DNA of 57,300 nt, filler included, from Streblomastix strix (GCA_008636045.1; 2 parts of 2 records of this genome joined end to end with filler, not necessarily neighbours in it), one strand, 5' to 3'. Shown: positions 15,927 to 29,840, counted from the first letter of the whole stretch. Notes: generated from the letters alone by a model not told the origin. Numbers and translations: made by a program.

Positions 15927-18900
15927 ATGAACCCTGATCTGGAAGAGAACGTATCTATTGCGACAACGGACTATGATGACCTCGCAACACAAGATACGGA
16001 CAACTTCCGCATGATTGATGGTGATGAAGATGAAGATGAAACAGGAGCATGCAGGTTTGCTTCATTTCTATTTATTATATATTTATTTTATACTATATTA
16101 TGTTATTCAGTTACTGTGGTGTGAGATAACCCCAGTGCATTGTGCAATGCAAGATATGCAAGAAATGGTTTTGCAATGGAAAAGGTGGGAATAGTGGATC
16201 TCATATTATACTACATATGGTATGATCAAAACACAAAGAAATACAGCTCCATCCATCCAGTCCACTTGGTGATGCTAAACTTGAGTGCTATAATTGTGGG
16301 AATTGTAATTGTTTTGTCCTTGGATTCATATCTGCTAAAAGTGAATCTGTAGTTATTCTACTCTGTAGGTATATTACTGATTAATAGTCATTTGAATGAA
16401 TGATAATAATTTTCTTCTTTTATTTATTCTATTATTAAATGTAGAGATCATTTAGCAAGTGGGTCTAAGGATCCAAACTGGGATTTATCACAATGGGAAG
16501 CATTGATATAAGAAAGAGCATTTGTATCATGGCTTGTAGCTGTACCTGAGAAAGAAGATGAAGTTAAATGCAAATCTGTTTCTGTGTCAAAGATTGCTAG
16601 ATTAGAGGACATGTGGTAGAGAGCATCTGCTGTTGCTGCTGCAGAGAAAGATATTTCATCTTCAAGTTCTGGATCACGTAATACTCAATCTAATATTCCA
16701 GGAAGTATAATAAGTAAAGTTGGAGAATATGGATAATATGAAGATATGGGAGAACCAATTAAAGTACCATTACATTTCAGTACAAAGGATGATGATGATT
16801 ATTTCAATATATTTGCTCCTCTTATTGCACTTGAGGCTGAATATGACAGAAAGACAAAAGAAAGTCAAACAAGGAATGGAGTTAATGTCAGATGGGAAAA
16901 GGGACTCAATAAGAAAATGTAGGCTTGTTTCTTGTTCCCAAAAGAAGGATCTGATTTCAAACTACTTACTGGAGATGAATTGAAGTTGTCTCATGGTGAT
17001 ACTGGACGTAATGATGAGTTTCAATGCATTGGACATGTTATTAGGATGAATACTGCAAGTGTGATATTACTTAATAATAATAATATATATATATATATAT
17101 ATATTAATTTTACTTATTATTATTATTCTATAGGTGAAGAAATAAGTCTAGAATTACGTAGTAACCAAGGTATCAATACTCAAATAACTACAGATTATTC
17201 TGTCACATTTGTTTGGAAATCAACATCCTTTGATAGAATGACAAGTGCATTACATACATTTACTAATAATTAAGGATGTATGTCCCCTTTCTTAAGAGCA
17301 TTAATATTAGGAGATAAAATGTTGACTGCTGCTGTATCATAAGTATATTCAATGTCTATTCCATCAACATCTGGAGAAGGATAAAGTAGCAGTAGTTCAA
17401 ATATTAGTGGTTCTTTATCTCCTGATGAAGTAATACAAACAATTGAATAAGCTTATATGGAAGCAACTGGTTGGAAGATGCCTAAATTAAACTCAAAACT
17501 TTCTGCTCCTAATCTTCCTGAATTGAACCATTCTTAGAAGAATGCAGTGTAAAAGTATGCTCAAATACAAAAACATTGGTTATATTCTATTCTTTTTAAT
17601 ATATTTATTTTTAATTATTTTTAATCATTTTATTTGATATACTAATGATTAAAATAATTCATCATAAACCAAGTGTGCTCTAAAGACCAATTTCTCTGAT
17701 TCAAGGTCCACCAGGAACTGGGAAAACTGTGACATCAGCAACAATTGTGTATAATATGGTACAGCTCAGATAAGGATAGATACTTGTATGTGCACCTTCT
17801 AATGTAGCTGTTGATCATCTCACAGAAAAGATTGCAGTAACTGGAGTTCGTGTTGTGAGATTGTGCGCTAAAAGTAGAGAAGCTGTATAATCTTCTGTTG
17901 AGAAATATACATTGCATCGTTTGATGGAGACAATATAAACAACAGAAGCAGACAAATTTCGTAAGTTGCAAAGATTGAGAGACGAATATGGAGAATTAGA
18001 TGAATCAGATTAAAGATTATTTATTTAATTGAGATAAAGAATAGAAAAAGATATATTATCCAAATGTGATGTTATTTGCTGCACTGCTTGTGGTGCTGGT
18101 GATCCTCGTTTGTAGCATTTCAAGTTTGGTCTTGTATTGATGGATGAATCAACACAAGCAACAGAAGCAGAATGTTTGATATGTGCTGTTAAAGGAGCTA
18201 GACATCTTGTGCTTGTTGGAGATCATTGTTAGCTTGGCCCAGTTATAATGTGCAAGAAAGCATCTAAAGCAGGACTCACTCAATCTCTATTTGAACGTCT
18301 TGTATTCCTTGGGATAAGACCAATCAGATTACAAGTGTAGTATAGAATGCATCCTCAACTATCTACATTTCCATCAGTAATGTTCTATGAAGGTTCATTA
18401 TAGAATGGAGTTACAGCAGCAGAGAGAACAGTGAGATCAACAATTTAAGGAAGTAAAGATGGAGAACAAGAAAGAAATAAAGATGTATTTCCATGGCCCC
18501 AACCTGACTGTCCAATGATGTTTCTGAATTCAAATGCAATTGAGGAGATATCATCATCTGGGACTTCATATCTCAATAGAACTGAAGCTGAGAATGCAGA
18601 GAAGATTGTTACTCATTTATTGTAGAATGGAGTTAATCCAAATGCAATTGGAGTCATCGCTCCATATGAAGGATAATGCACTTATATTAGGGCTGTATTC
18701 TAGAGAGTAACTGGACTTGGAATTGGAGTTGGATAATAAATAGGAATAATAACAATAGGTGGATAATAAAGTGGGAAGAAAATGAGCTAATCATCTTCTA
18801 ATTCCAGAGGATTAACATCTGAAATGTATCATGAAGTAGAAATAGCGAGTGTTGATGCATTTCAAGGAAGAGAGAAAGATTATATTATTCTCAGTTGCGT

Positions 18901-20557
18901 CAGATCAAATGAAAAATAAGGAATTGGATTTCTCAATGATCCTCGAAGATTGAATGTTGCATTGACCAGAGCAAGACATGGATTAATTGTATTGGGGAAT
19001 GCAAGAGTACTGTCTAAAGAAGCTCTCTGGAATAATCTTCTTGTTCACTTCTAATAGCATCATTGCCTTGTAGAAGGATTCCTTAACAATCTGAGACCAG
19101 CAAATATTCATTTCCAACCTCCTCGCAAAATAGTTCCCTTTCTTCGTTATTTACCCCCAGAAACACTTGTTGATATTAAATAAGCTGGAGTAAGGACAGT
19201 TAGTGCAGCTGCAAGGTTCTAAGGAGGTATGTTGGGAATGACAGCTGTTACAACTAATGCTTCATTATTAGGATAATAATAATAAGGAAGAGATTGGAAT
19301 CAATAAATTGGATAATAAGGAAAGAATAAAGGAAAAGGGAAGAATAGAGGATTTGGAAAGGGAGATTAAGTAATAGATAATAATTAATAGAGAGGAATGG
19401 GTGTTGAATATCCAGGATCATCTTAGATGATTGGAGGAAGTTGGAATATGAATGATTCTAATTAATAGTCTTAATCTTCATCTTCTTCTTCTTCTTCTTC
19501 TTCTTCTTCAAATGAAGAATAAAATGAATAAAGAAACGATTAGTGGATTTCTTCCTAAGATTCTGTTGCAGCAGCTGCATTGGAAGCCATTTCAGTAGGA
19601 AGGGATAAAGCAAATGGGTTACATGCATCTCTTGGAAGTACAATGCCAATGAATATAACAAATTAAACACAAACTATGTCTGCTATATCTTTATTAACAC
19701 CTTGGATATAGACTCCAATAACTGGAATACCAAATAGTTAAAGTGGAATTGGAGGAAGAAGAATATACTAATCAAATAAATAGAATAAAAGAGGATAAGA
19801 TAATAAGAATATGGTTTATATTGGATCTGCATCATAAAATAAAGAATAATCATAATCATAGGCAGATTCAGATAAATTGAATGAGAAAACAACATCTCAT
19901 TAAGAAAAAGATGAAAATGAAGCTGACTGGGAAAAGGAAGTTGAATAAGAAAGAAAAGAGACTCCAAAAGATCAATAAGAAAAGATTTCTTCAAATCCTG
20001 AAGATAATTAGAAAGAGAAAGAGAAAGAAAAAGATCAATTGGATAAATAGAAAGAAGAAAGTGAAGAAGAAACAAAGAAATCAGAAGAAGAAGGAAAAGA
20101 GAAGAAGAAGAAGAAATTGAAGACAAAAGAAGGAAAAGAAAAGAAAGAGAAGAAAGAAAAGAAAGAGAAGAAGGAAAAGAAAGAAAAGAATAAAGAAAAG
20201 AAATAGAAAGATGATACAATAAAGACAAATGATGATGAATAAAAGATATTTGGTGCATCAGCAGAAATAATTACTTCATTGGATGGATAAACTGAAGTGG
20301 ACAGTCATTATCCTCCATTTACAAGTTTCTATGACATGGACTTCTCATTTGCTTAGAATTAACTTCCTATTTAATCTACATCCTAAACTTCTTCATCTTC
20401 TTCATCATCTTCTTCTTAATAATCATCAAATCCTTTACTTCATTCCGACTTTGGAAGTCTTCCTGACATTGATTTGGGGCCACTTGATAAACTTGAAGAT
20501 ATTGGAGGGAATCTAGATACAGATATTGGTAATGAATATGACTTCGGCATGGGATGA
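15927..20557 (+). CDS. UPF1: UPF1/NAM7 nonsense-mediated decay RNA helicase (5 exons) with an in-frame TGA at 16223-16225 and a long charged C-terminal tail
   Basis: CH domain (ACSYCG...KKWFCNG...[21 protein letters not shown]) and helicase motifs [55 protein letters not shown]. Introns are 16055-16110, 16369-16444, ~17059-17132 and 17555-17673. Confidence 0.95.
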
Positions 20558-21129
20558 TTTTAAGATTTGCAGTTTGACAGATTAATAACAACATATTAAA
20601 CCAATTTGTACTGGAACTGTGTAATTATTTCATTGCAACAAAGAGGATTGTAGCAAACTAAATCTTTCATGCAATACACTATACATCGGCATATACAGAT
20701 CTATATTGCTTGTACTTTCTGTTCAAATAAACAAGGAATTTATAGAGGTTTTATTTTTCTTGACCACAAATTATTATTATTTATTTATTAGTTTTAATAT
20801 GATATATTAGAGTACTAACATGTGAAAAAACTTTGGAATTAATTTTGTGGATAATATTTGATTTCAAGGTTTTTTCTTTCAAAATCAAATCATTTCGAAA
20901 TCATCTCTAAAATTTAATTTGTTACTCATATAATATTATTTAAATAATCAAAATTTTCAACAAATTCTTTGCAATCTCCTTCAAACCACCATTCAAAGAA
21001 AAAGAACGATTTTTTCAATAAATTTAATTGCAAAATCAAAAATATATTAAGTGTAATATAAGGAAATATTAAATATTTTGCATTTAACTTATTATATATT
21101 TAAAATTATTTTTTATTTATCTAGTATTG

Positions 21130-24100
21130 ATGCTATCAACAAAAACTTCTGGAAATCCTTGGATTGTGGTTGTTTGCTGTGACCACAGAATCCGCTCGGA
21201 GTTTGAAAAGGCTGTAGAAAGTGGAATAAAGCTTCGAGAGAAACTTATATCAGGCGCAAAATTAGTAAGTCAGGTATGAAATCACTATGATCCTAAATTT
21301 TTTGAAATATCATATTATTTTTTTTTGATAGGCTATCCAAAGCGATTCACCAGAAAATTAACATGTGCAGATTGAAGCATAGAAAGGAGCCATATCATTT
21401 GATACAATAATAGAATTGATGATAAAAAAGATCATTGATATTAAAGAAAACCGAGATGAACCTGAATAGATTGAAGTTGATGAAAAAGCTAAAGGTAAAG
21501 GATTGGATAAAAAAGATAAGAAAGGATTGAAAAAAGACGACAAAATATAACAAAAGAAAGAAGATAAACTGCAATTAAAGAAGGAAGATAAAACTTAACT
21601 TAAAAAAGATGAAAAATCTCCTGTAAAGAAAGATGATAAACCTCAACTGAAGAAAGATGATAAATAATCAGGAAAAAGAGAAGAAAGATCAAATTCTGCA
21701 ATAGGAAAATAAAAATCAACGAAAAATAAAGCAAATAAAGATGCTCTATAAGATTAAAAAGATTAGAATATGGAAAAACAATATTCAATGGATCCAGATG
21801 ATGCACCTGATATCCCATAATATCCGCAGAAATTCCTTCTTATAACAGGAATACCAGATGATTTATCTGCATTATTATAATTTCACACTAAGTTATAGGA
21901 ATATGATTTACGTGTTAATGCAATAATTAATATCAGATCTGTGCCTTTTATCCCAGATTCATTTATGAAGCTTCTCCTAAGATCATAAACTAAACTACTA
22001 TTTCCTTCACCTTAAATGCTTGGGATTAAATAACAAGAAATTGGATTGAGTAATCAAATTGTAGAAAAAGAAAAACAATCAAAAGTTAAAGACTAATAAA
22101 AACAATAATAAGTAAGTGTTGTAAAGAAGAAAGATAAAGATAAAGATAAAGAAAAAAAAGATTTTATATTTGAAGAAGGATTAGAATCTCTTGGTCCAAA
22201 CTTCAGTTATTAATTATCTAATGCAGGAATTACAGCAATGTAAGATGTTATTTAATAATAATAAATATTATATTAAAGAATATTAAATAATGATAATTAA
22301 TAAAATTCATTTGAACCTCCTCCAGATTTGGAAGTATTTAATGAACTTGAATAAACTGACATAAGTAGAACACATTTATCATTATTTGATTAAGTGTGTC
22401 TTGTAAGAAGAATATTAATTGATGGTCCAACTGCCATTTTAAGAGGAATAATTACAATTGAAATTCTAGGAGGAGTTCCATTTCATTTAAATATTCATGC
22501 TTAACTTCCTCCTGATCAAACATAAGTTAATTTATCTACAATTATATAAAACTAATCTTAATAATAACCAAGTATATAATAATCACCAATGGTATCTCCT
22601 AAAGGTGATCCTAAATAATCTAAGAAATAATAGACGTAACTTAGATCAGGATCTTCTCATGGGAGTACAACTGAATAAAAATAAGATATAATCGAATTAC
22701 CAGATGCATTTGCTCTTATTAGTTAATCCGCTCCTAAAATTCCAGATCTCCCAAAACCAACTCTTATTCCATTAACATACTCAAAAGCATAAGAATCATC
22801 TCCACTCAAAACAATTCAAAAAGAAATTCTCTTTCTGAATCCACCTCCATTATATCCATCTACATATCCAGGATAATCTCCTTATTCTACTTTAAGTCCT
22901 TATTCTCCAGATAATCATGAACCATCTTAATATACTTTAGCATCTGTTTCATCAAATTCATTTCATAATATAGAATAAATAGCAATTCAATTCTAAGGTT
23001 TAACTTCTACACTTCCTGATTCTCCTTATTCACTTCAAAAGATTACTCCAAATTAACCTGTATTATGGTCAATACCATAAAATAACTTCTTTATTCCACC
23101 TCCTATACTGTATATACCTAAGGATGGTATTACTATATTAAGAGAGATACATTTATCAATAGCTTAGATTGCTGCAAGATAAAGCTTATATTAATTATGG
23201 ATTGAAGGTGCTTCTGTAGAAAGCAATACAATTAATAATAAATAAGAAAATGAATAAAATGATTAAATAAATAATCTCGATAATTATTTAAGATCTTCTT
23301 TTGATTAATAATAAATCTTAAGTAAAGAGTAAAGACAGTCATTAATTTAATAAAGTAGAATAAATAGAGTAACTTGAGGAGTACCATATGAATAATATTT
23401 AGTTGTTTCAGATTATTCTAAATTACCTAAAAGTGATTAGAGAATGGCATAAAGACTTGAATAAATAAGATTAAGAGATCCAATTGCAAGATAAGAAAGA
23501 ATAAACAAAGATAAGAGAGATAAAGATGCATTAATTGCTGCATTAATTGCTGAAGAAGAATCATTACGTGCTGGTTTAGATTAGAAAGGAAAGAAGAAAG
23601 GATAAAATATATTAAATTAGAAAGATAAAGATAAAGATAAAGAATTGGAGAAATAAAAAGAATTGGAGAAATAGAAACAGAAATAATAATAATTAGAGAA
23701 AGAGAAGGATAAAGACGTTGAAATAATAAAAGAATAACAAACTGAGAAAGAGAAAACAAAAAAGAAAAGCAAATCACCTCCAAGAAAAGGAAAAGATGGA
23801 GAAAAATCACCAAATAGAGGAACATTAAGAAGAAGCATGAAAGATTAATAATAAGATTAATAATCACCAAATTGAGGAACATTAAGAAGAAGCATGAAAG
23901 ATTAATAATAAAATTAGTAATAAGAACAATCTCTTTTAGGAAGAACATCTTTGAATGATAAATTTGAATCTAAAAATGAATAAATAATATTTTAAGAATA
24001 AAGTGAAGATAAAAGTGAAAATGATTAAATAATATAAAATGAAGAAACTGGAGATGAAATTGATGAAGAGGAATTAATGAGAATTGAACTTATAAGAAGA

Positions 24101-27100
24101 AGAGCAGAAAATGCAATAGAAGAAAATTAGTTAGATGGTACATTAGCTGTAGATGCAAGAAGATATAAAAGAACATTGGATAGATTAGTTATAATAATAA
24201 ACCCAGAAGCTGCATTTGCAACTGCATTTGCTTCTAAAGCAGATTAATAAAAACAAAGAGATTCTATATTTGGAGTATAATAATAAGGAAGTAGTGGAAG
24301 TGGATAATAATAATAATCATAAGGAGATATAATACCAATAATACCTCAATTGCCTGCACATGGGTTTAATATTTGGTTTGGCTTATATTAAACTCCAATT
24401 AAACTAGATGATGATATTAATAAAGGAACAACATCAAGAACTGTAACTGCATAAGAAAGCAGAAGAAATACAGCAAATTCAATAAATAGAAAGAAATTTG
24501 GAAGAAGTTAAAGGCCAGATTCTTCATTATCTAACAGACCCCAAACAGCGAATTCATAGACATCTTAAACTCCATCTTTATAATCATTCACTTCTTAAAT
24601 ATAGAATAATAATAGATAAAATAATTTATAAAGAAAGTAAATATCTTCATCAAATAAAGCAATTAATTAATCTAATCTCTCTCTTGCAACTCTGGCTCAT
24701 AGTTCTTCACACACAAACAGTAATGAATAAGCAATATTACATTCAATTGATATTGGTCTTGTTGAATCTCTTATTCTTCATGCAATGATTGACTAAATAT
24801 AATTTGAAGCGTAACTTAGAGGAAAGGTTAAAGTTCAACAACGTAAAATATAAAAGAGACCCACTTCAAGTTCTTCATAGACTTAATCATCTATTAATCT
24901 AGTTCAGGGAAACAAAGATAGTTAAAATCCTCCTGTTAATTAAAGCGTTGAAAAAGTGAAAAAAGATCATAAAAAGGGTTAGGCAGAAAAGCGTCATTCA
25001 GATAAATAGGAAATAGAAGATTAGAAATCAGCAGAAGAAAATGCATAAGCTGAATTTGATGCTGCATTACTTGCTGAAGCAGAAGCATTGGAAGCAGCAA
25101 TTGTAGAAGCAGAGAATGAAAGAAATGAATAAATAGAATAATAAAGGAAAGAAGATGAACAAAGACTTTTAGAAGGAGCAATTGAATCTTCATTTAAAGA
25201 ACTTCTTCGTCTTGGAATAAATAAAGGGAAGAGAGATTTTATTGAAGAAAGATTTCAAGAATTCAAAAGAAGTCATCTTATTTAATAGTAATAGTCAATA
25301 TAATAAACAATTGTAGGATAATCAAAGAGCGAAGAACTAACTCAATTCAATTAACCACAATAAGATTTATAATAAAAATCTTATTCTTCTTCTATAGTGT
25401 AATAATTTTCATCAAATTAATAAGTTTCATAACTAATGCCTTAAATTACATAACCAACTTATGTATAATAACTTTCTCCACAAACTTAAATATCTCAATA
25501 ATTACAACTTAGAGCAATAAGTCAACCAGGAAAGTTGAAGAAAACATATTCTACGCTGTCCTCTAAACCAACTATGCAAGTTTAAAGAGCAAAAACAATG
25601 GATTAGGCATTTTAAGGATATCCAATTAAATAAATTGAAGTAAGAGCAAAAGGCCCAGTTTCACTTAGGGATTTCATTTTAAATAAATTAGGTATTATAG
25701 ATTTTGTTACGCCATAGGCTTAAATGTCTTTGAATTAGATATAATCATCTTCTTCAACCAAATTAACAAATGGATCTTAACCAGAACAAAATAAATTAGG
25801 AGAATAAGATAAAAAATAATTAGGAACTTAATAAGGATAATCATAAGTATAGAATAAAGGAGTTGATTTAGTTACTAAACAAAGCAATGAAAATACTATA
25901 GGTAAATTAAGATTATAAAATGAATAATAGCCAATTACATCAGCTAGAAATGACGACTCTTAAAAGAGTACATTTGTTTCGAAAGTAATTTCAGGAGATG
26001 GATATAATTCAGCTAGAAATGGTGGTAATCCAGCTTAAGTAGTGAAAAAGACTCCATTAATTGCATAACCATAATTAATGGGTGTCTTATCTAATTAATC
26101 TTAACTTAAATAAATTGGTTCTCCTCCAACACCTTATCCTCCTTTAAGAAGACCAGGAATGTTAAAAAGACAATAATCAACAATTGATACTAGTTCAAAG
26201 AATAAATTAAAAGGAATGACAAGAATGGATGATGCTATTAATGGTTAAAGTGTTTAGAATAGTACTGTTAACTTACAAGATATTGTTTAGTCCGTATCTG
26301 AAGAAGTTCGTAATCCTTCGCTATCATATTAATCTGCAAGTATTCAAGACCTAACAAAAGCTGCAAATAATGTTCTCAAAAGACCTCGATCTCATATAAA
26401 TCCTCAATTGATGTAACTTGTTTCTATTCATATTCGTACACTTGGGATAATACCATCTGTATTAACATTATCAACATAAACAACATTATCACTAATGTAT
26501 GGAACCTTGTTCATATCTCCTTCTTTTCAAATAGCTGGAACATAAGGATCAGGAAGTGGTGGATCAAATTAATAAGATTAAAAAGAATCTGGAGGAATTG
26601 GGTTTGCATTTCATTTTGGAGGGAGTGGAGCAAGTAATGAATAATTTAATATAATGTAATAGTATGCACCTCATATTCATATCATGTAGCATATGCTAGA
26701 TCTTCCTACTAAAGTACCAACTCTATGTCCTTAACCAGCTTCACCATCAGAATAAACTGCATTTATTCTTTCATTCTTAACACCAACACCATAAATTGTA
26801 ATTAATACACGATCTTAATCATTAAAAATTATACAAAGAGCTGAGTAATCATTAATAACATTATTAAATCAAGCGAATAATTCTGATAGTAGGGATCAAA
26901 AAGGAAAGAAACAATTTTCAGGTTAAGAATTTGATTTATCTAAATAATTATAAAAATCATAATTATCACATATGGAAAATATAGATGAATAAGAAGAGAA
27001 AGGATTGGAAAAGAATGATATTAATTAATAATTACAAAAATTATAAGGAAGTCCAAATTTTGATAGATCATAATCACCTGGAATTACATCATTACTCTCA

Positions 27101-28631
27101 CCAAATAGCCCATAAATAGATAGTCCACCAAGATAAATGGCAAGAAGATAAAGTATTGTATAAAGAAAGTAATAATAAGCATATTTTGAAAGAAATAAAT
27201 TAGCTATTGGTCAAAACTCCGATATATGCAAAGTAGTTTAGGAGCCTGTTGTCAAATTTTCAACAGTCAATACAGTTGTTGCATTTCCTACTGGTACTGT
27301 TGTAACATTATAATAAATGAAGAAATAATAACTTAATGAGAATGGATAACAACAACAATAATAATAATAATAATAATAATAATAAGGAGAAGGAGCAAAT
27401 GCTTCTACTGAAACATAACCTCAGTTACAACCTTCTCAAACATAAATGAGAAATGTATAAACAAGAATATTAGGAGCTCCAACTATTACTATTAATAATA
27501 TAATGCAAATGATTGGTTATCCAGTCTCAATTGGATAATTCTTTAATTAAGATCCATCAAAACTTCTTTCTTCACTTATACCACAGAATACTGGACTTCC
27601 TTCACATGCCCTATTTCCAATGATATTTCCACTTACTCTCCATATAGAATTATTTGTAAATGCTCTTTTTAGATTCTTCTTCCCATCATCTGCAAAAAGC
27701 ATAACAAAGGCCATGCAATCACTTGGATTAAATTCAAGTAAATAGAGTTCTTAAATGGGTAAAATGACTGGAATGGATGGAAGTACAATATCTCTTGTTG
27801 GAGGGATTAATAGGTAAAATACAACATTCACTTTCAATCGTAGTAGTAATTAAAGTGCATATAGCTCTAAATTATCATCTGCTATTATGAGTCCATCAGA
27901 TACTGCACTATCAAGTAGAGCAACAGATTCTAAATTAGTTAAATATGATACACAATCTGCTGCATCTAAATTATTAGTATAAATGCTGTTCTAAATGATT
28001 GGAGGTGGTCGTTAAGGGGATGATCATCAGTTGCTCTATGGAAATTATAGGACTTAGGGAATTATTTTTGATACATTCAGTTAAGTAAATTCTTCACTTT
28101 CATTTCATAAGATAGCAATTCAATATTTTAATGCTATTAAAGCAAGAGTATAATCATAATGGGTTGGATTATCTGATGTTGATTATAGTACAATTGTTAA
28201 CACGTAAAAGAATGGATAAAAACTCTCACTCCAATATAATCCTTTATTACCTTCTATTTCTCCATCTTTCTTATAGAGATATAGTGCATAACATTAAACA
28301 ATGTCTTCATTTAAAGATTCAATTATAGCTATGGTTAGTGCAATTCAATTAGCATAATAAGAATAGAAAACAACCACACTTGTGTAATAAAAACTATATC
28401 CAAACAGTACAAATCCAAACGATTTCTTAACCACTTTAGATGTTGAAGGCTCATTTGCTGAATCTAAGGATTTCTTTAGTAGAGTAGGAGATGAAGTATT
28501 AAGAGATGTTATGTCTGATGATGATTCACTATGTAGAATACTTGTATGCGCTTAATTCTCTGAAATGTTGGGATCAGAACCAGATTCTTCTGGGTTTCTA
28601 TACATTTCATCTAATGCACCAACTGGGGGAG
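21130..28631 (+). CDS. Very large SPAG17/PF6-like (axonemal central-pair) protein, 3'-truncated by the contig end, with an in-frame TGA at 23375-23377
   Basis: After intron 21274-21331, one frame runs to the gap. The N-terminal layout (IIELMIKKIIDIK, K/D/E-rich linker, DPDDAPD...KFLLITGIP...RVNAIINI) resembles SPAG17 as I recall it. The assignment is tentative. Confidence 0.6.
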
Positions 28632-28731
28632 NNNNNNNNNNNNNNNNNNNNNNNNNNNNNNNNNNNNNNNNNNNNTTAATTAATTAANNNNNNNNNNNNN
28701 NNNNNNNNNNNNNNNNNNNNNNNNNNNNNNN
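28632..28731. other. Artificial contig-joining linker (44 N + TTAATTAATTAA + 44 N)
   Basis: Symmetric N runs around a six-frame-stop 12-mer. Confidence 0.95.
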
Positions 28732-28858
28732 GGTTTTAGACTATTTGCAAATATTTTAATAATAAAAATGAAAATTTAATTAAAAATAGTAGATAAAAAT
28801 GTATAAAATAAAATCAATGCTTAAATTCAGATATATAGCAAACAGAGAAAAGTGAAGA
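28732..28858 (+). repeat. 127-bp terminal direct repeat of contig 2 (copy 1)
   Basis: Identical to 57174-57300. Confidence 0.97.
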
Positions 28859-29222
28859 AAAGACGAAGGCCATGCTACTGTGAATGTATAGTTTTTTAGC
28901 ATTATCATCTGCCATCACACTCATCGCTTGCTGCACAATTTGAAAAACAAGAAAAATTAAATATAAAGTCCGTTTATAATGTGCATTGATAGAATTGATT
29001 TGTTTATACAATCAATTTCATAAGTTAAGTCTCTTATCTTACTTGTGGATAAAATCGCAAAGCATCGATGAAGTGCGACAGATTCTCGTATGAGTCATTT
29101 TCTCGAACTTGCGAAAAAACTGCCGCGGGAGCTACGTAGAGCTGCACCGATGGAAGAACTACTAGGGCGGGCAGGACGTCCACTGTCCTAAAGCTATCGT
29201 CTGACTTGTTCAGCTGCTTCTT
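28732..29222 (-). pseudogene. CYFIP: 5' exons of a CYFIP/Sra1 pseudogene that continues across the contig junction into 57182-52133
   Basis: VDVLPALVVLPSVQ...YENLSHFIDALRFYPQ|QAMSVMAD...KLYIHSSMAF aligns with the CYFIP N-terminus. The ATG present in the paralogous copy (49418-49416) is AAG here. Confidence 0.7.
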
Positions 29223-29840
29223 ACATGTTTAAATCAGGAATAATCGACGATTATTAAATTAAAATTTTAAAAAAAAGTTAATAATAAAATATCATTATTT
29301 TGAAATATTTCTTAATTAATATTCATTTCATGAACATAATTAAGAATATAAATGTTCATTGAGAACTTTCATGCGAGATGTTGCTGAAATTTTGGCATTT
29401 GTTGTTCTTAGTGCATTGTTCTTACATTTGACTCTTCATATTTACATTCCTTATATATTCATGTGTCCAAAAGGATTCTTAAATTATTTATTAATTTTTG
29501 CATTCTTTGCATCATAAACGATAATTTTTTTAATTTATCTAAATTCTGCTATCAACATTCTTTTATTTTACTTATTTATTTCAAATTTGAATGTTATATT
29601 ATTTCGCCGATTTTAATCTAATAATTTTCAGATTAAATTCAATCATCCTATTCTTTATTACAAAAAATGAACATTTTCCATTAATCGTTAAATTACACAC
29701 GTATCATTTAGAACTTGTACATATTAATTATTCAAAGTTACGCCATTTATAATCGTCTAATCAATTTTACTTGTCTTTATTTGACATATTAATATTAGGT
29801 TACACTTTAATTATATTTTCATTATTATTTATATTTAAGA

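Noticed and set aside
16220..16250. GTATGA in UPF1 as a donor for a micro-intron removing the TGA
   Set aside because: Splicing would delete the conserved V-x-S-K-H-K-E segment, and real introns here are >=48 bp and far more AT-rich.
4532..23377. Internal TGAs as selenocysteine
   Set aside because: None is at a redox or catalytic Cys position of a known selenoprotein family, and I could not recognise a SECIS; this was not computationally excluded.
28632..28731. TTAATTAATTAA palindrome inside Ns as a biological site
   Set aside because: It is a symmetric artificial contig linker, so the two halves of the window are not known to be adjacent.
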